From assembly GCA_038245905.1 (NCBI GenBank), contig JBBRRY010000006.1, positions 64,425 through 128,424 on the forward strand: DNA of 64,000 nt, read 5' to 3'. How positions within the stretch are numbered: position 1 is the first letter of the stretch; every line of letters starts with the position of its first letter. The translations under genes were made by a program, and so were the position numbers. This stretch comes from Thermoanaerobaculia bacterium (GTDB taxonomy: Bacteria > Acidobacteriota > Thermoanaerobaculia > UBA5066). Below, one piece after another: positions 9,738-19,333 of the stretch. The notes under the pieces are model-generated. The model ran no database searches, was not told the origin of the DNA, and saw only the letters and a program-made list of their open reading frames with translations.

Positions 9738-10864
9738 AGCGCCTCCAGCCGGCCCGCGAGACCGGGCACCTTGGCCGCCGCGAGGAGCGCCATCACGACG
9801 TAGACCTTCCAGTTCGCCTCGCGCGCGACGTTCACGGTGTGTTTCGCCATGACGCCCGGCGAGACCTCCGCCCCGATGTCGGCGGGCAGGCAGTGCATGT
9901 AGAGGGCGTCACCGCCCTTCGTGGCCTTCATCCGGCGCTCGTCGCAGATCCAGTCCCTGTGCTGCGCGTTGCGGGCGAGGGCCGCCTCCTCGATTTCCTT
10001 CATCTTCTTCGAGTCGCGCGCGCGGTTCGCCTCGACGCGGGAGAGCATGAGGTCGTAGGGCCCCCAGCTCTTCGGATAGACGACGTCCGCGCCCGCGAAC
10101 GCCTCGTCCATGGAGGACGTCGTCCGGAACGAACCGCCCGAGGCCGCCGCGTGCGACGCCGCCGAGGCGAGGCACGGGTCCATGAGGCGGTAGCCGTCGG
10201 GGTGCGCGAGCGTCACGTGCGCCCCGAAGCGCGTCATGAGCATGACGAGGCCCTGCGGGACCGACAGCGGTTTCGCGTAGCTGGGCGAGTACGCCCAAGA
10301 GACCGCGATGCGTTTCCCGGCGATGCCTTCCGGGAACTTCTCGCGCAGCCAGCAGAGGTCGGCGAGCGTCTGCGTCGGGTGGTCGACGTCGCACTGGAGG
10401 TTCACGACCGGGACGCTCCGCGGGTCGCCCGTCGCGGCAAGGTAGTCGTCGATCCCCTTCTTCACGTCGCGCATGAAGGAGTTCCCCTCGCCGAGGATCA
10501 GGTCGTGCCGGACGCCCAGCGCGTGCGCGTTCATCCCGAGCATCGCGCCGGTCTCGGCCGCGGTCTCGCCGTGGGAGACCTGCGTGGACGAGCCGTCCAC
10601 GATGACAGGGTGCATCCCGAGCCGGGCCGCCGCGCCCGCCCACGCGGACTTCGTCCGCGTCGAGTTGTCGAAGAACATCGCGTACGCGAGCTCGTGCGGC
10701 AGGAGGGCCGTCTTCTTCCCCGCCCGGTCGAGGGCCGCGAGGCGCTCGGCCACGGCGAGAAGGGCGGAGAGCTCCGCGGTCGAGGCGTCGTCGGTCAGGA
10801 GGAGGCTCCTGCCGCGCAGTCCTTCCACGGCGGCCAGGTCGAGCGGAGCGGCGGTCGTCGTCAT
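9734..10864 (-). CDS. ygeW: YgeW-like knotted carbamoyltransferase
   Basis: DNSTRT, HGET, NLQCDVDHPTQ, WAYSPSYAKPLSVPQG, YPKSW, YMHCLPAD. Confidence 0.9.
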   Translation of the reverse strand: MTTTAAPLDLAAVEGLRGRSLLLTDDASTAELSALLAVAERLAALDRAGKKTALLPHELAYAMFFDNSTRTKSAWAGAAARLGMHPVIVDGSSTQVSHGETAAETGAMLGMNAHALGVRHDLILGEGNSFMRDVKKGIDDYLAATGDPRSVPVVNLQCDVDHPTQTLADLCWLREKFPEGIAGKRIAVSWAYSPSYAKPLSVPQGLVMLMTRFGAHVTLAHPDGYRLMDPCLASAASHAAASGGSFRTTSSMDEAFAGADVVYPKSWGPYDLMLSRVEANRARDSKKMKEIEEAALARNAQHRDWICDERRMKATKGGDALYMHCLPADIGAEVSPGVMAKHTVNVAREANWKVYVVMALLAAAKVPGLAGRLEAL

Positions 10865-12858
10865 GTCGAGATCTCTCCTCCCCCTGGATCGGCGTCGTTC
10901 GTCGTCAGCCAGGAAACAGCCCCCGGAGCGAAGAGCCCGGTCGCGAGGGCGCGCAGTGAATGGTAGTGCCCCACGGGCACGACGTGCCCCTCGGGCGCCG
11001 GCACGGCGAGGAGGCGGGCCTCCTCGGGGGCGGCGGCCTCCGGGGACGCGAACCGCAGCTCCGCGACTCCGTCCAGGAAGAAGGCCGAGCCGCCGGGCCG
11101 GACGAGGAGCTCCACCTCCCGGCCCGACCAGCGCCCGCGGGCCGCGAGCGAACCGTCCGCCTCGCGCCGGAGAAAGAAGCCGGCGCGCGGCGCGTCGGCG
11201 CGAAAGGACTCGAGCGAAGAGAAGAGGCGGGGCTTTTCGATGTACGGGCCGCCGTCCTCCGGGCAGAAGACGTCGCAGTTGCCGCAGTCGTTGCAGGCGT
11301 CGGCCCAGTTCGCGATCTGGTGGCGCGCCGCCTTCTCGCCGCCGAGCGTCAGCGTCTTCTCCTCCCCCGGCACGAGCTCCGCGCCGCGGACGACGAGATC
11401 GCGGTAGACGAACGTGCGGGGCGGCGTCTCATAGACGAAGTTCGCGTCGTTCGGGCAGACGGGAATGCACTTGTCGCAGTTGATGCAGTCGAAGAGGGCG
11501 AGGTGCGAGCCGATCTTCCGCGGCAGCCGGCCCGTCTTCGCGGCGCCGTAACGCTCTGCGCCGAGGGCGGCGGCGGCCGCGCGGCGGTGATTCGCGAGCG
11601 AGGCGTCCGCGGCGTCTCCGCCCGCCGCTCCCGCCCCGGCGCGAATGAACTCGGGCAGGGTCGCCGCGCCGGCGGCGCCCAGCGCTTCCGCGAGAGCCTC
11701 CGCCTGCCGGTGCAGGTTCCCGTAGCCGCCCGGGCGAAGGAGGTCCGTGCAGCTCGTCACGGGCACGAAGCCGCAGGCGACCGTGCTCGCGACGTTCGCG
11801 GCGTCGACGCCGGCCGAGAAGGAGATCGGGTACGCGGCGCCGAGCTCCCCGCGCAGCTTCGCGCCGAGCGCGAGCGCGATCACGTGGAGCGGCTCGCCGG
11901 AGAGGTAGGCCTCCTCGCCCGGCAGAAAGCCCGTGCAGTTCCCGACGACGAGCGTGTTCGTGAGCTTCAGCCCGAAGCCGAGGCCGCGGCGCGCCGCCTC
12001 GGCCGCAAGTTCGCGCGCGATCGAGAGCGCGCCGTCCCACGCGAGATCCTTGCCGAAATCGGCCTTGCGGAGCGCGACGTGCCCGTACCCGAGCCCGTGC
12101 AGGATCTCCTCGACCACCTCGTACCCGAGGAGCGTCGGGTTCAGCTTGACGACCGTGTGGAAGCCCTCCGCGAGAAGGTGGCGGCCGATCGCGGCGATCT
12201 CGTCGGCCGGGCAACCGTGGAAGGTCGAGAGCGTGATCGAGTCCGAGAGGTGCGCGTCGCACGCGACGTCCGCCCAGCGCTTAAGGGCGGCCGGAAGCTC
12301 CCTCACGAGCGCCGCGCGCTCCTCGTCGAGGATCGCCTTCGCGTCCCTCATCCCGTCGAGAAAGGCGGTCATCTTCGCCGATTTCAGGCCGGCGAGGCTG
12401 TACCCGACCGATGTGTCGAAGACGACGTCGCGCTCGTTCCCGGGAATCCCGACGAGCTCGGCGAGAATCGCGACGAGAAGCCGCGCCTTCGCATACTCGC
12501 GGAGCGAGTCGGGCACCGCGAGCTCTTGCGACCACTCCACGTTGTAGCCCACGGTGCGCATGTCGATGCACGGCCGCGGGATCGTGAGCGCGTCGTCCAC
12601 CTGCACGGTCTTGAGCTCGAGGATCCTCCCGCCGGCGAGGTACGAGAGCGCGATGTTCTGGGCGAGCTGCGTCTGCGGCCCCGCGGCGGGGCCGACGGGC
12701 GTGGACACGCGGTGCCCGTGAAACCGCGTCGAAAGGTCGTGCCCCGGAAACCCGCGGTAGATCCGCCGTGCCGGGAGGTCGTAGACGGCGCCCTTCGGAA
12801 GCTCCGCCGCCGCACGACGCACGAGCGACGAGAGCGAAATCGCGCGGAGGACGCTCAC
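10861..12858 (-). CDS. ygfK: Short YgfK-like flavin/Fe-S oxidoreductase (DHOD-like barrel + 4Fe-4S ferredoxin)
   Basis: GPAAGPQTQLAQNI, ELKTVQ, RPCID..YNVEWS.EL, TLSTFHGCP, KLNPTLLG, KLTNT; CxxCxxCxxxCP and CNDCGNC..CP; GTG at 12858 overlaps ssnA stop. Confidence 0.8.
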   Translation of the reverse strand: MSVLRAISLSSLVRRAAAELPKGAVYDLPARRIYRGFPGHDLSTRFHGHRVSTPVGPAAGPQTQLAQNIALSYLAGGRILELKTVQVDDALTIPRPCIDMRTVGYNVEWSQELAVPDSLREYAKARLLVAILAELVGIPGNERDVVFDTSVGYSLAGLKSAKMTAFLDGMRDAKAILDEERAALVRELPAALKRWADVACDAHLSDSITLSTFHGCPADEIAAIGRHLLAEGFHTVVKLNPTLLGYEVVEEILHGLGYGHVALRKADFGKDLAWDGALSIARELAAEAARRGLGFGLKLTNTLVVGNCTGFLPGEEAYLSGEPLHVIALALGAKLRGELGAAYPISFSAGVDAANVASTVACGFVPVTSCTDLLRPGGYGNLHRQAEALAEALGAAGAATLPEFIRAGAGAAGGDAADASLANHRRAAAAALGAERYGAAKTGRLPRKIGSHLALFDCINCDKCIPVCPNDANFVYETPPRTFVYRDLVVRGAELVPGEEKTLTLGGEKAARHQIANWADACNDCGNCDVFCPEDGGPYIEKPRLFSSLESFRADAPRAGFFLRREADGSLAARGRWSGREVELLVRPGGSAFFLDGVAELRFASPEAAAPEEARLLAVPAPEGHVVPVGHYHSLRALATGLFAPGAVSWLTTNDADPGGGEIST

Positions 12859-14048
12859 GCCATCCGCCCCCAGAGCCGGACAGCCTCCTCGCGCGCGCGG
12901 GCGCGGATCCGCGCGGCGTCGACGCGCACGAGCTCGCGGCCCTTCACGATCACTTCCCCGTTCACGACGACGTCGCGGACGTTCCCGACGCCGAGGCCGA
13001 AGAGAACGTGCCCGGCGAGATTGGCCGCAGACAGGGGCGTCGGCGCGTCGTACTCGAGGACGACCCAGTCCCCCGGCCGGGCGCCGAAGGCGAGATCGGC
13101 GAGACGCTGGCTGTTCGCGAGGAGGGCGAGCGCGTCGAGGCCGCCTTCCGGCCCGTACGCCTCCCGCGCGCGGAGGTGCGCGACGCGCGCCTCCGTGAAG
13201 AGGTCCGCATCCATGCCGTCCGTTCCGAGCGCGACGTTGGGACCAAGCGTCTTCGGATCGGCGTAGCCGACGGCGTTCTGGAGGTTGCTCCGCGGGTTGT
13301 GGGCGATCCAGGCGCTCGCCTCCGCCGCCCGCAGGCGCTCGGCCGACGAGAGGTGGACGCCGTGCGCGAGGAGCGACTTTTCGCCGATCGCGCCCGCCCG
13401 GTCGAGCCGCGCGAAGGAACCCTCGTCGCAGCGGTCCTCGGCGACGTGGACGTGCAGCCACGCGCCCGTCCGCCGCGCGAGATCCGCGGCGGCCGCGACC
13501 GTCTCGTCGGAGACGGTGAAGCCGGCGTGGAGGCCCACCATCGCCGGCAGGCCCGCGCGGATCGCACGCTCGCACTCGGCGAGGCCCGCGCGAGCCCCTG
13601 CGGCGCCGTGACGGTCTGTCGCGCCGTAGCACGAGGAGACCCTGACACCGGACTCGCGCGCCGCGGCGGCGAGGACGTCGAGCGAGCCGTCGATGAAGTT
13701 CGGCGACTCGTGGTGGTCGACGACCGCCGTGACGCCCGACAGGGCCGCCTCGAGGAGCGCGAGATCCGCCGAGGCCCGGAGCGACGCCTCGTCGAGCGCG
13801 GCGTCCAGCCGCCACCAGACGTTCTCGAGGATCTCGCGGAACGAGCGCGTCGGCTCCTTCGGGCCCGACATGCCACGCGCGAGCGCCGAGTAGAGATGCG
13901 TGTGGGCGACGGCGAGGCCGGGCAGGACGAGCCCGCCCGAAGCGTCCAGCGTTCGTCGCGGCCCGTCTCCGATCAGCACGTCGCGCCGTTCGACCGCCGG
14001 AGGGCCGAGCGTGACGACCGTGCCGCCCGTGATCGCGAGACCGCTCAT
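12855..14048 (-). CDS. ssnA: SsnA-like amidohydrolase
   Basis: HTHLYSALARG, WWRLD.ALD, VDHHESP, GLHAGFT, HVHVAE, HNPRSN..N.VG, LGTDG. Confidence 0.88.
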   Translation of the reverse strand: MSGLAITGGTVVTLGPPAVERRDVLIGDGPRRTLDASGGLVLPGLAVAHTHLYSALARGMSGPKEPTRSFREILENVWWRLDAALDEASLRASADLALLEAALSGVTAVVDHHESPNFIDGSLDVLAAAARESGVRVSSCYGATDRHGAAGARAGLAECERAIRAGLPAMVGLHAGFTVSDETVAAAADLARRTGAWLHVHVAEDRCDEGSFARLDRAGAIGEKSLLAHGVHLSSAERLRAAEASAWIAHNPRSNLQNAVGYADPKTLGPNVALGTDGMDADLFTEARVAHLRAREAYGPEGGLDALALLANSQRLADLAFGARPGDWVVLEYDAPTPLSAANLAGHVLFGLGVGNVRDVVVNGEVIVKGRELVRVDAARIRARAREEAVRLWGRMA

Positions 14049-14061
14049 GAGAGCTCTTCCC

Positions 14062-15417
14062 TTACCAGCCCCGCGCCTCGCGGAGCCGGCGGTCGACGTC
14101 GCCGGCGAGCGCGGCCTGGTCGGACCACCAGCGGGGAGAGCGCTGCGCGTCCAGCTCCACGACGGTCTTTCCCTGCTGCTCGACCCACGTGAAGTACTTC
14201 AGGTTGTGCCACCGGTCGCGGTTCTCGGCGGTGCCTTCCGTGATCCAGTCCAGCTTCTGGCCGTGGAAGATCGACGCGAGATGAGCCTCGGCTCTGTCAC
14301 GCGTGAGCGGGCCCGTGCGCTTCTCGAGGCGCCTGAGGACGGACGGATACCGGTCGAGGCCGTCCGTCGCGACCGTCACGATGGCTTCGTCCTTCCCGAA
14401 GCCGAAGTAGCGCGCCGTCTTGATCGCCCCGAGGATGTTGCAGACGCCGCTGACCCCGAGCATCGTCGAGAGGCGGTTCGCCGTCTCGCCGAGGCCGCCC
14501 GCGGAGGCGAGGAAGTCGCGCCCCTCGGGCTCGGCGACGAGCTGCAGGCCGAGGAGGCAGTCCTCGTCGTCGATGCACATCATCGCGTCCATGTTCATCA
14601 CGTTGTGGATCCACGTGACGTGCTTGTCGCCGATGCCCTCGATCGCGTGGCCGCCGTAGCCGTTCCGCGAGAGCGTCGGGCACTGGATCGGCTCGAGGCC
14701 GACGATCTTCGCGCCGAAGCACGCCTTCAGCGCGTCGCCCGCGGCGATCGTGCCCGAGGAGCCCATCGCCGAGACGAACGCCGCGGGCCGCCCGGCGCCG
14801 AGCGCCGTGACGGCCTCGGCCGCGGCGGCGCCCGTGACGTTGACGTGCCAGCGGTAGTTCGCCATCTCGGCGAACTGGTTCATGACGCGGATCTTCGGAT
14901 CCGCCTGGAGCCGCTTGCATTCGTCGTAGATCTCCTTGACGTTGCTCTCGCAGCCAGGCGTCTTGATCGCGTGCGCCCCATAGGCGGCGATCTTCTCGAA
15001 GCGCTCGGCGCTCATCTCCTCCGGGAGGATGACGACCGACTCGTAGCCCATGCGCGGCCCGACCCACGCGCCGCCGATCCCGTAGTTCCCGGTCGACGGC
15101 CACACGAGCGTCGACTTCCCGGGGAAAACGTCCCCCGCGAGCTGGTGCTCCATGAGGACCGAGTACGTCGCGCCCACCTTGTGCGCGCCCGTCGGGAAGT
15201 CCTTCGCGTACAGGAGGACGATGGGCGCCTCGACGCCCGTGAGGGCCTCAGGCAGCCGGAGCGCGCGCACGCGCCCGTCGTCCTCGTGCCACGTGATGTT
15301 GAAAAGGTTGACCGGGTCGAGCGGCGCATCGCGCCGCGCGGCCTGCGCGCGCTTCCGGAGCTCCGCCGGAAGGAGCGCGGGGTCGCGCATCTCGGCGTAC
15401 GTGGGGCCGTGAATCAT
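14062..15417 (-). CDS. PLP-dependent fold-type II enzyme (cysteine synthase/beta-lyase-like)
   Basis: FPTGAHKVG (PLP lysine), WPSTGNYG, NQF, MGSSGT, IEGIG; ATGA overlap with upstream gene. Confidence 0.85.
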   Translation of the reverse strand: MIHGPTYAEMRDPALLPAELRKRAQAARRDAPLDPVNLFNITWHEDDGRVRALRLPEALTGVEAPIVLLYAKDFPTGAHKVGATYSVLMEHQLAGDVFPGKSTLVWPSTGNYGIGGAWVGPRMGYESVVILPEEMSAERFEKIAAYGAHAIKTPGCESNVKEIYDECKRLQADPKIRVMNQFAEMANYRWHVNVTGAAAAEAVTALGAGRPAAFVSAMGSSGTIAAGDALKACFGAKIVGLEPIQCPTLSRNGYGGHAIEGIGDKHVTWIHNVMNMDAMMCIDDEDCLLGLQLVAEPEGRDFLASAGGLGETANRLSTMLGVSGVCNILGAIKTARYFGFGKDEAIVTVATDGLDRYPSVLRRLEKRTGPLTRDRAEAHLASIFHGQKLDWITEGTAENRDRWHNLKYFTWVEQQGKTVVELDAQRSPRWWSDQAALAGDVDRRLREARGW

Positions 15418-16679
15418 GTCTTCTCCAGTTCCTTCCGGACCGCGTCGAGGCCCGGCGGGATGCGGGTGGGAGGGCCGACGGAACGCATCGCGCCGCGCGT
15501 GTCTTTCAGGCCGTTGCCCGTGACGACGTGGAGGACGCTCTCGCCGCGCGCGACGAGGCCCTTCTCGAGCGCGGCCTCGAGGCCGGCGAGCGCGGCGACG
15601 CCGGTCGGCTCGGCGAAGACGCCCGTCGCGCGGGCGAGCCGGGGAATCCACGCGAGGATCGCCTCGTCGCTCGCGGTCACGATTGCGCCGCCCGAGGCGC
15701 GGACGGCGCGAAGCGCCTTGATCCCGTTTCGTGGCGCGCCCACGTTGATCGAGTCGGCGAGCGTCGAGGCGTCGATCGGCTTGATGCGCTCGTCGCCGCG
15801 CGCGAACGTCCGCGCGAGCGGCGCGGCGTTTTCGGCCTGCACGGCGAGGATCCGCGGCAGGCGGTCGACGATGCCGTGCGTCTTCATCTCGACGAGGCCC
15901 TTCCAGATCCCTGCCGTCGTACAGCCGTCGCCGAGCGCGACCGTGACGACGTCGGGCATCCGCTCCCGCATCTGTTCGCCGATCTCGAGGCCGCAGGTCT
16001 TCTTGCCCTCGACGAGATAGGGGTTGATCGCACAGTTGCGGTTGTACCAGCCGAACGCCTCGACGGCGGCCTGGCAGGTGCGGAACGCGTCCTCGTATGG
16101 CCCCTCGACGAGGAAGACCTTCGCACCGTAGACGAGGAGCTGCGCGACCTTCGCCTCGGGGGCCGTGGCCGGAACGAAGATGAACGCCTTCATTCCCGCC
16201 TCGGCCGCGAAGCCGGCGAGTGAAGACGCCGCGTTGCCGGTCGACGAGCACGTGATCTCGTTCCGGCCGAGCCACCGGGCGCGCGTGACGCCCACGGAGC
16301 TCGCGCGGTCCTTGAAGGACGCCGTCGGGTTGCGGCCGTCGTCCTTGACGTGGAACGCGCCCAGCCCCAGCTCCTTCGCGAGGGCCGGCGCTTCGACGAC
16401 GGGCGTGAAGCCCACGTGAAGGCGCGGAAGGACCGCGTCGTCGGGCAGCGGCAGGAGCGCCCGGTAGCGCCAGAGGGAGAGATCGCGGTCCGCTTCGAGC
16501 GAGCGCCTCGAGAAGCTCTTCCCCACGAGGCCCGCGTCGTACTCGACGTCGAGGATGCCCTCGATTCCGCAGCGCGGGCACGTGTATTCGACTTCGCCGT
16601 GCGCGTAGACGGCCGCGCAGAGGACGCACCGGAGGCCCGTGATCTTCGGCAGCACAGAAGGCAGCGGGATGCGTGTCAT
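15414..16679 (-). CDS. thrC: Threonine synthase-like PLP enzyme with N-terminal zinc ribbon
   Basis: CxxC..CxxC, LWRYR.LLP, KDDGRNPTASFKDR, CSSTGNA, NPY..EGKKT, TGNGLKD. Confidence 0.85.
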   Translation of the reverse strand: MTRIPLPSVLPKITGLRCVLCAAVYAHGEVEYTCPRCGIEGILDVEYDAGLVGKSFSRRSLEADRDLSLWRYRALLPLPDDAVLPRLHVGFTPVVEAPALAKELGLGAFHVKDDGRNPTASFKDRASSVGVTRARWLGRNEITCSSTGNAASSLAGFAAEAGMKAFIFVPATAPEAKVAQLLVYGAKVFLVEGPYEDAFRTCQAAVEAFGWYNRNCAINPYLVEGKKTCGLEIGEQMRERMPDVVTVALGDGCTTAGIWKGLVEMKTHGIVDRLPRILAVQAENAAPLARTFARGDERIKPIDASTLADSINVGAPRNGIKALRAVRASGGAIVTASDEAILAWIPRLARATGVFAEPTGVAALAGLEAALEKGLVARGESVLHVVTGNGLKDTRGAMRSVGPPTRIPPGLDAVRKELEKT

Positions 16680-16683
16680 GCGG

Positions 16684-19311
16684 TCACCGCTTCAGCGCCC
16701 GCGCCGCGGGCGAGTCCTTCATCGGCAGCGTGAAGCGGCGAATGCCGTCGAACGCGTAAAGCGCGCCGGCGACCGCGGGCGCCGTCGGGACGAGGCCGAT
16801 CTCGCCCACGCCCTTCGCGCCAAACGGGCCGTCGGGCTGTGGGTCCTCGACGAGGATCACCGTGACTTCGGGCATGTCCTTCGCGCGCAAGACGCCCGTG
16901 TCGCGGATCCGGAACGACGTCGGCATCCCGTCCCGGCAGATCATCTCCTCCGTCAACGCGTAGCCGAGGCCCATGTGGATCGAGCCCTCGATCTGGCCTT
17001 CGCAGAGCTGCGGGTTGATCGCTCGCCCCACGTCGTGCGCCGCAACGAACTTCACGACGCGGCCAGTCTCGTCCACGATGGCGACCTGCGTCGCGAAGCT
17101 GAAGGCCGGATGGAGCTTCAGGGGCTTTCCGGGTGGCGGCGCCTCGCCGAGATGCACGGTGTCGTCTGAAAGGGTCTCGCCCACATAGACCGTCCGGGCG
17201 AGGCTCGCGAGCGTGCGGCCGGAGTCGAGGTCGGCCCGGAGCTTTTTCGCCGCGTCCACGACGGCGCGCCCGCCGAGATACGTCGCGCGCGACCCCGTCG
17301 TCTGGCCGACCTCCATCGGGAAGCGCGTGTCGACATGCGCTCGAAAAACCGACGGCGGAAGGCCCGTGACCTCGACGGCGCACTGGATGAGGACGGTGAG
17401 GAGCCCCTGTCCCATCTCGGTGAAACCGTTGTAGAGGGCGACGATCCCGCCGTCCTCGACGACCAGGCGCGCGCGCCCGTATTCCTTCACGCCGTTGCCG
17501 ATCCCCGTGTTCTTGATCCCGCATGCGATTCCGGCCCGGCCGCGGTTCTTCTCCCAGACGTCCTTGACGGCGAGGAGCGTCTTCTTGAGGCCGACCGACG
17601 CGTCCAGCTTCTGACCGCACGACCACGTGTCGCCCGCCTCGAGCGCATTCCGCCAGCGGATCTCCCAGCCGTCGAGGCCCGCCTTCTCGGCGAGCATGTC
17701 GAGCGCGCCCTCGATCGCGAAGTGAGCCTGATTCGCGCCGAAGCCGCGCATCGCCCCGCAGGGCGGGTTATTCGTGTAGACCGCGAGCGCCTCGACGTCG
17801 ATGTTCTCGCACCGGTACGGCCCCGCCGAATGCCCGGCCGCGCGCTCGAGGACCTTGCCTCCGACCGACGCGTACGCGCCCGAGTCGCCGATCATCCTTG
17901 CCTTCACGGCCGTCAGATGTCCCTCGGCGTCGCAGCCGACTCTGTAACGCATCGTGATCGGATGCCGCTTCGGGTGGAGGCGCATGGACTCCTCGCGCGA
18001 GAGGACGAGTCGCACGGGTTTCCCCGTGACGCGCGCGAGGAGCGCCGTCTGGGACTGGACCGACATGTCCTCCTTGCCTCCGAAGGCGCCGCCGTTCGGG
18101 ACGAGGACGACGTGGACTTCCTCCACGTCGAGCCCGAGAAACGAGGCCACCTGCCTCCGGTCGTCGAAGATGCCCTGCCCCTGCGTGAAGAGCGTCAGCT
18201 TCGCCTTCGGGTTCTGGGCCGCGACGTCGCCGGGCGCGGCGAGACAGGCCTCGGGCTCGAGGTAGAGGTGCTCGATGCGCTGCGTCCGCCACGTGCCCTC
18301 GACGACGTGCGCCGATGCGGCGAGCGCCGCGTCCGCATCGCCGAGCCGGACGACGGAGCGCGAGAGGAGGTTCCCGTTCGGACCCACACGCGGCGCGCCC
18401 TCGCGGAGAGCCTCTTCCGGGTCCGTGACGGGCGTCAGGATCTCGTACGTGACCTTCACGAGCGCCGCCGCGGCGCGGGCCGTGCGCGCGTCCACTGCGG
18501 CGACGGCCGCGAGGACGTCACCCACGTAGTGCGTCTCCTCGCCCTCGGCGACGAATCCCGGCCAGTCCGGGACGATGAGGCCGTAGAAGCGCTTCCCGGG
18601 CACGTCGCGCGCCGTCACGACGGCCATGACCCCGGGGTGCTGCGCCGCGACCGAAGTGTCGATCGACGTCACGCGGGCGCGCGCGTGCGCCGAAAGAGTT
18701 ACGGCGCCGTGGAGCATCCCGGGAAACGCGAGGTCGGCGACGTACGGACGCATCCCGAGCGCGAGCTCCGCCGCCTCGTAACGCGCGAGGCTCGTCCCGA
18801 CGCGCCCGGTCTCGTCGGCGGGCGGAAGCGTCTCGCCCCGGCGCAGGCGGGCCGCCGCGTGGAACGCGTCTACGATCTTGACGTAGCCCGTGCACCGGCA
18901 GAGGTGCGGGTCGAGTTTCTTCGCGATCTCGTCGTCCGAAGGGTCTGGGTTCGCGTCGAGGACGCTCTTCATCCGGAGCGCGATGCCCGGAATGCAGAAG
19001 CCGCACTGGACGCCCGCCGTCCGCGCGAACGCTTCGCCGTAGATGTGGCGCTCCGCCTCGGACACTCCCTCGAGCGTGAGGACGGTTTTTCCCGCCACGG
19101 TCCGCGCCGGCACCGCGCATGCCGTCTTCGGGTGCCCGTCCACGAGGACGAGACACGCGCCGCACTGCCCTTGCGGAGAGCACCCGTCCTTCGGCGAAGT
19201 GAGGCCCGCGTGGTCGCGGATTAGCTCGAGGAGCGAGGCGTCGTCCGGGACGTCGAAGGACCGGGCAGAACTGTTGAGCGTGAGCGTGACGTGCACGGCC
19301 CGATTATCCAC
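16684..19311 (-). CDS. xdh: Xanthine dehydrogenase-family molybdoprotein with fused 2x[2Fe-2S] domain (selenium-dependent XDH-like)
   Basis: KDGCSPQGQCGAC, QCGFC..CRCTGY, GGAFGGK, AMRGFG, EMGQG, GAKGVGEI; exact start uncertain. Confidence 0.9.
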   Translation of the reverse strand: MDNRAVHVTLTLNSSARSFDVPDDASLLELIRDHAGLTSPKDGCSPQGQCGACLVLVDGHPKTACAVPARTVAGKTVLTLEGVSEAERHIYGEAFARTAGVQCGFCIPGIALRMKSVLDANPDPSDDEIAKKLDPHLCRCTGYVKIVDAFHAAARLRRGETLPPADETGRVGTSLARYEAAELALGMRPYVADLAFPGMLHGAVTLSAHARARVTSIDTSVAAQHPGVMAVVTARDVPGKRFYGLIVPDWPGFVAEGEETHYVGDVLAAVAAVDARTARAAAALVKVTYEILTPVTDPEEALREGAPRVGPNGNLLSRSVVRLGDADAALAASAHVVEGTWRTQRIEHLYLEPEACLAAPGDVAAQNPKAKLTLFTQGQGIFDDRRQVASFLGLDVEEVHVVLVPNGGAFGGKEDMSVQSQTALLARVTGKPVRLVLSREESMRLHPKRHPITMRYRVGCDAEGHLTAVKARMIGDSGAYASVGGKVLERAAGHSAGPYRCENIDVEALAVYTNNPPCGAMRGFGANQAHFAIEGALDMLAEKAGLDGWEIRWRNALEAGDTWSCGQKLDASVGLKKTLLAVKDVWEKNRGRAGIACGIKNTGIGNGVKEYGRARLVVEDGGIVALYNGFTEMGQGLLTVLIQCAVEVTGLPPSVFRAHVDTRFPMEVGQTTGSRATYLGGRAVVDAAKKLRADLDSGRTLASLARTVYVGETLSDDTVHLGEAPPPGKPLKLHPAFSFATQVAIVDETGRVVKFVAAHDVGRAINPQLCEGQIEGSIHMGLGYALTEEMICRDGMPTSFRIRDTGVLRAKDMPEVTVILVEDPQPDGPFGAKGVGEIGLVPTAPAVAGALYAFDGIRRFTLPMKDSPAARALKR

Positions 19312-19333
19312 GGCGGCGTGCTATGACTTCCGG

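Noticed and set aside
8175-19311. Selenocysteine read-through in the selenium-associated cluster
   Set aside because: The ORFs are continuous, and their TGA stops overlap the next start codon or end complete domains; no in-frame UGA at a Cys position was seen.
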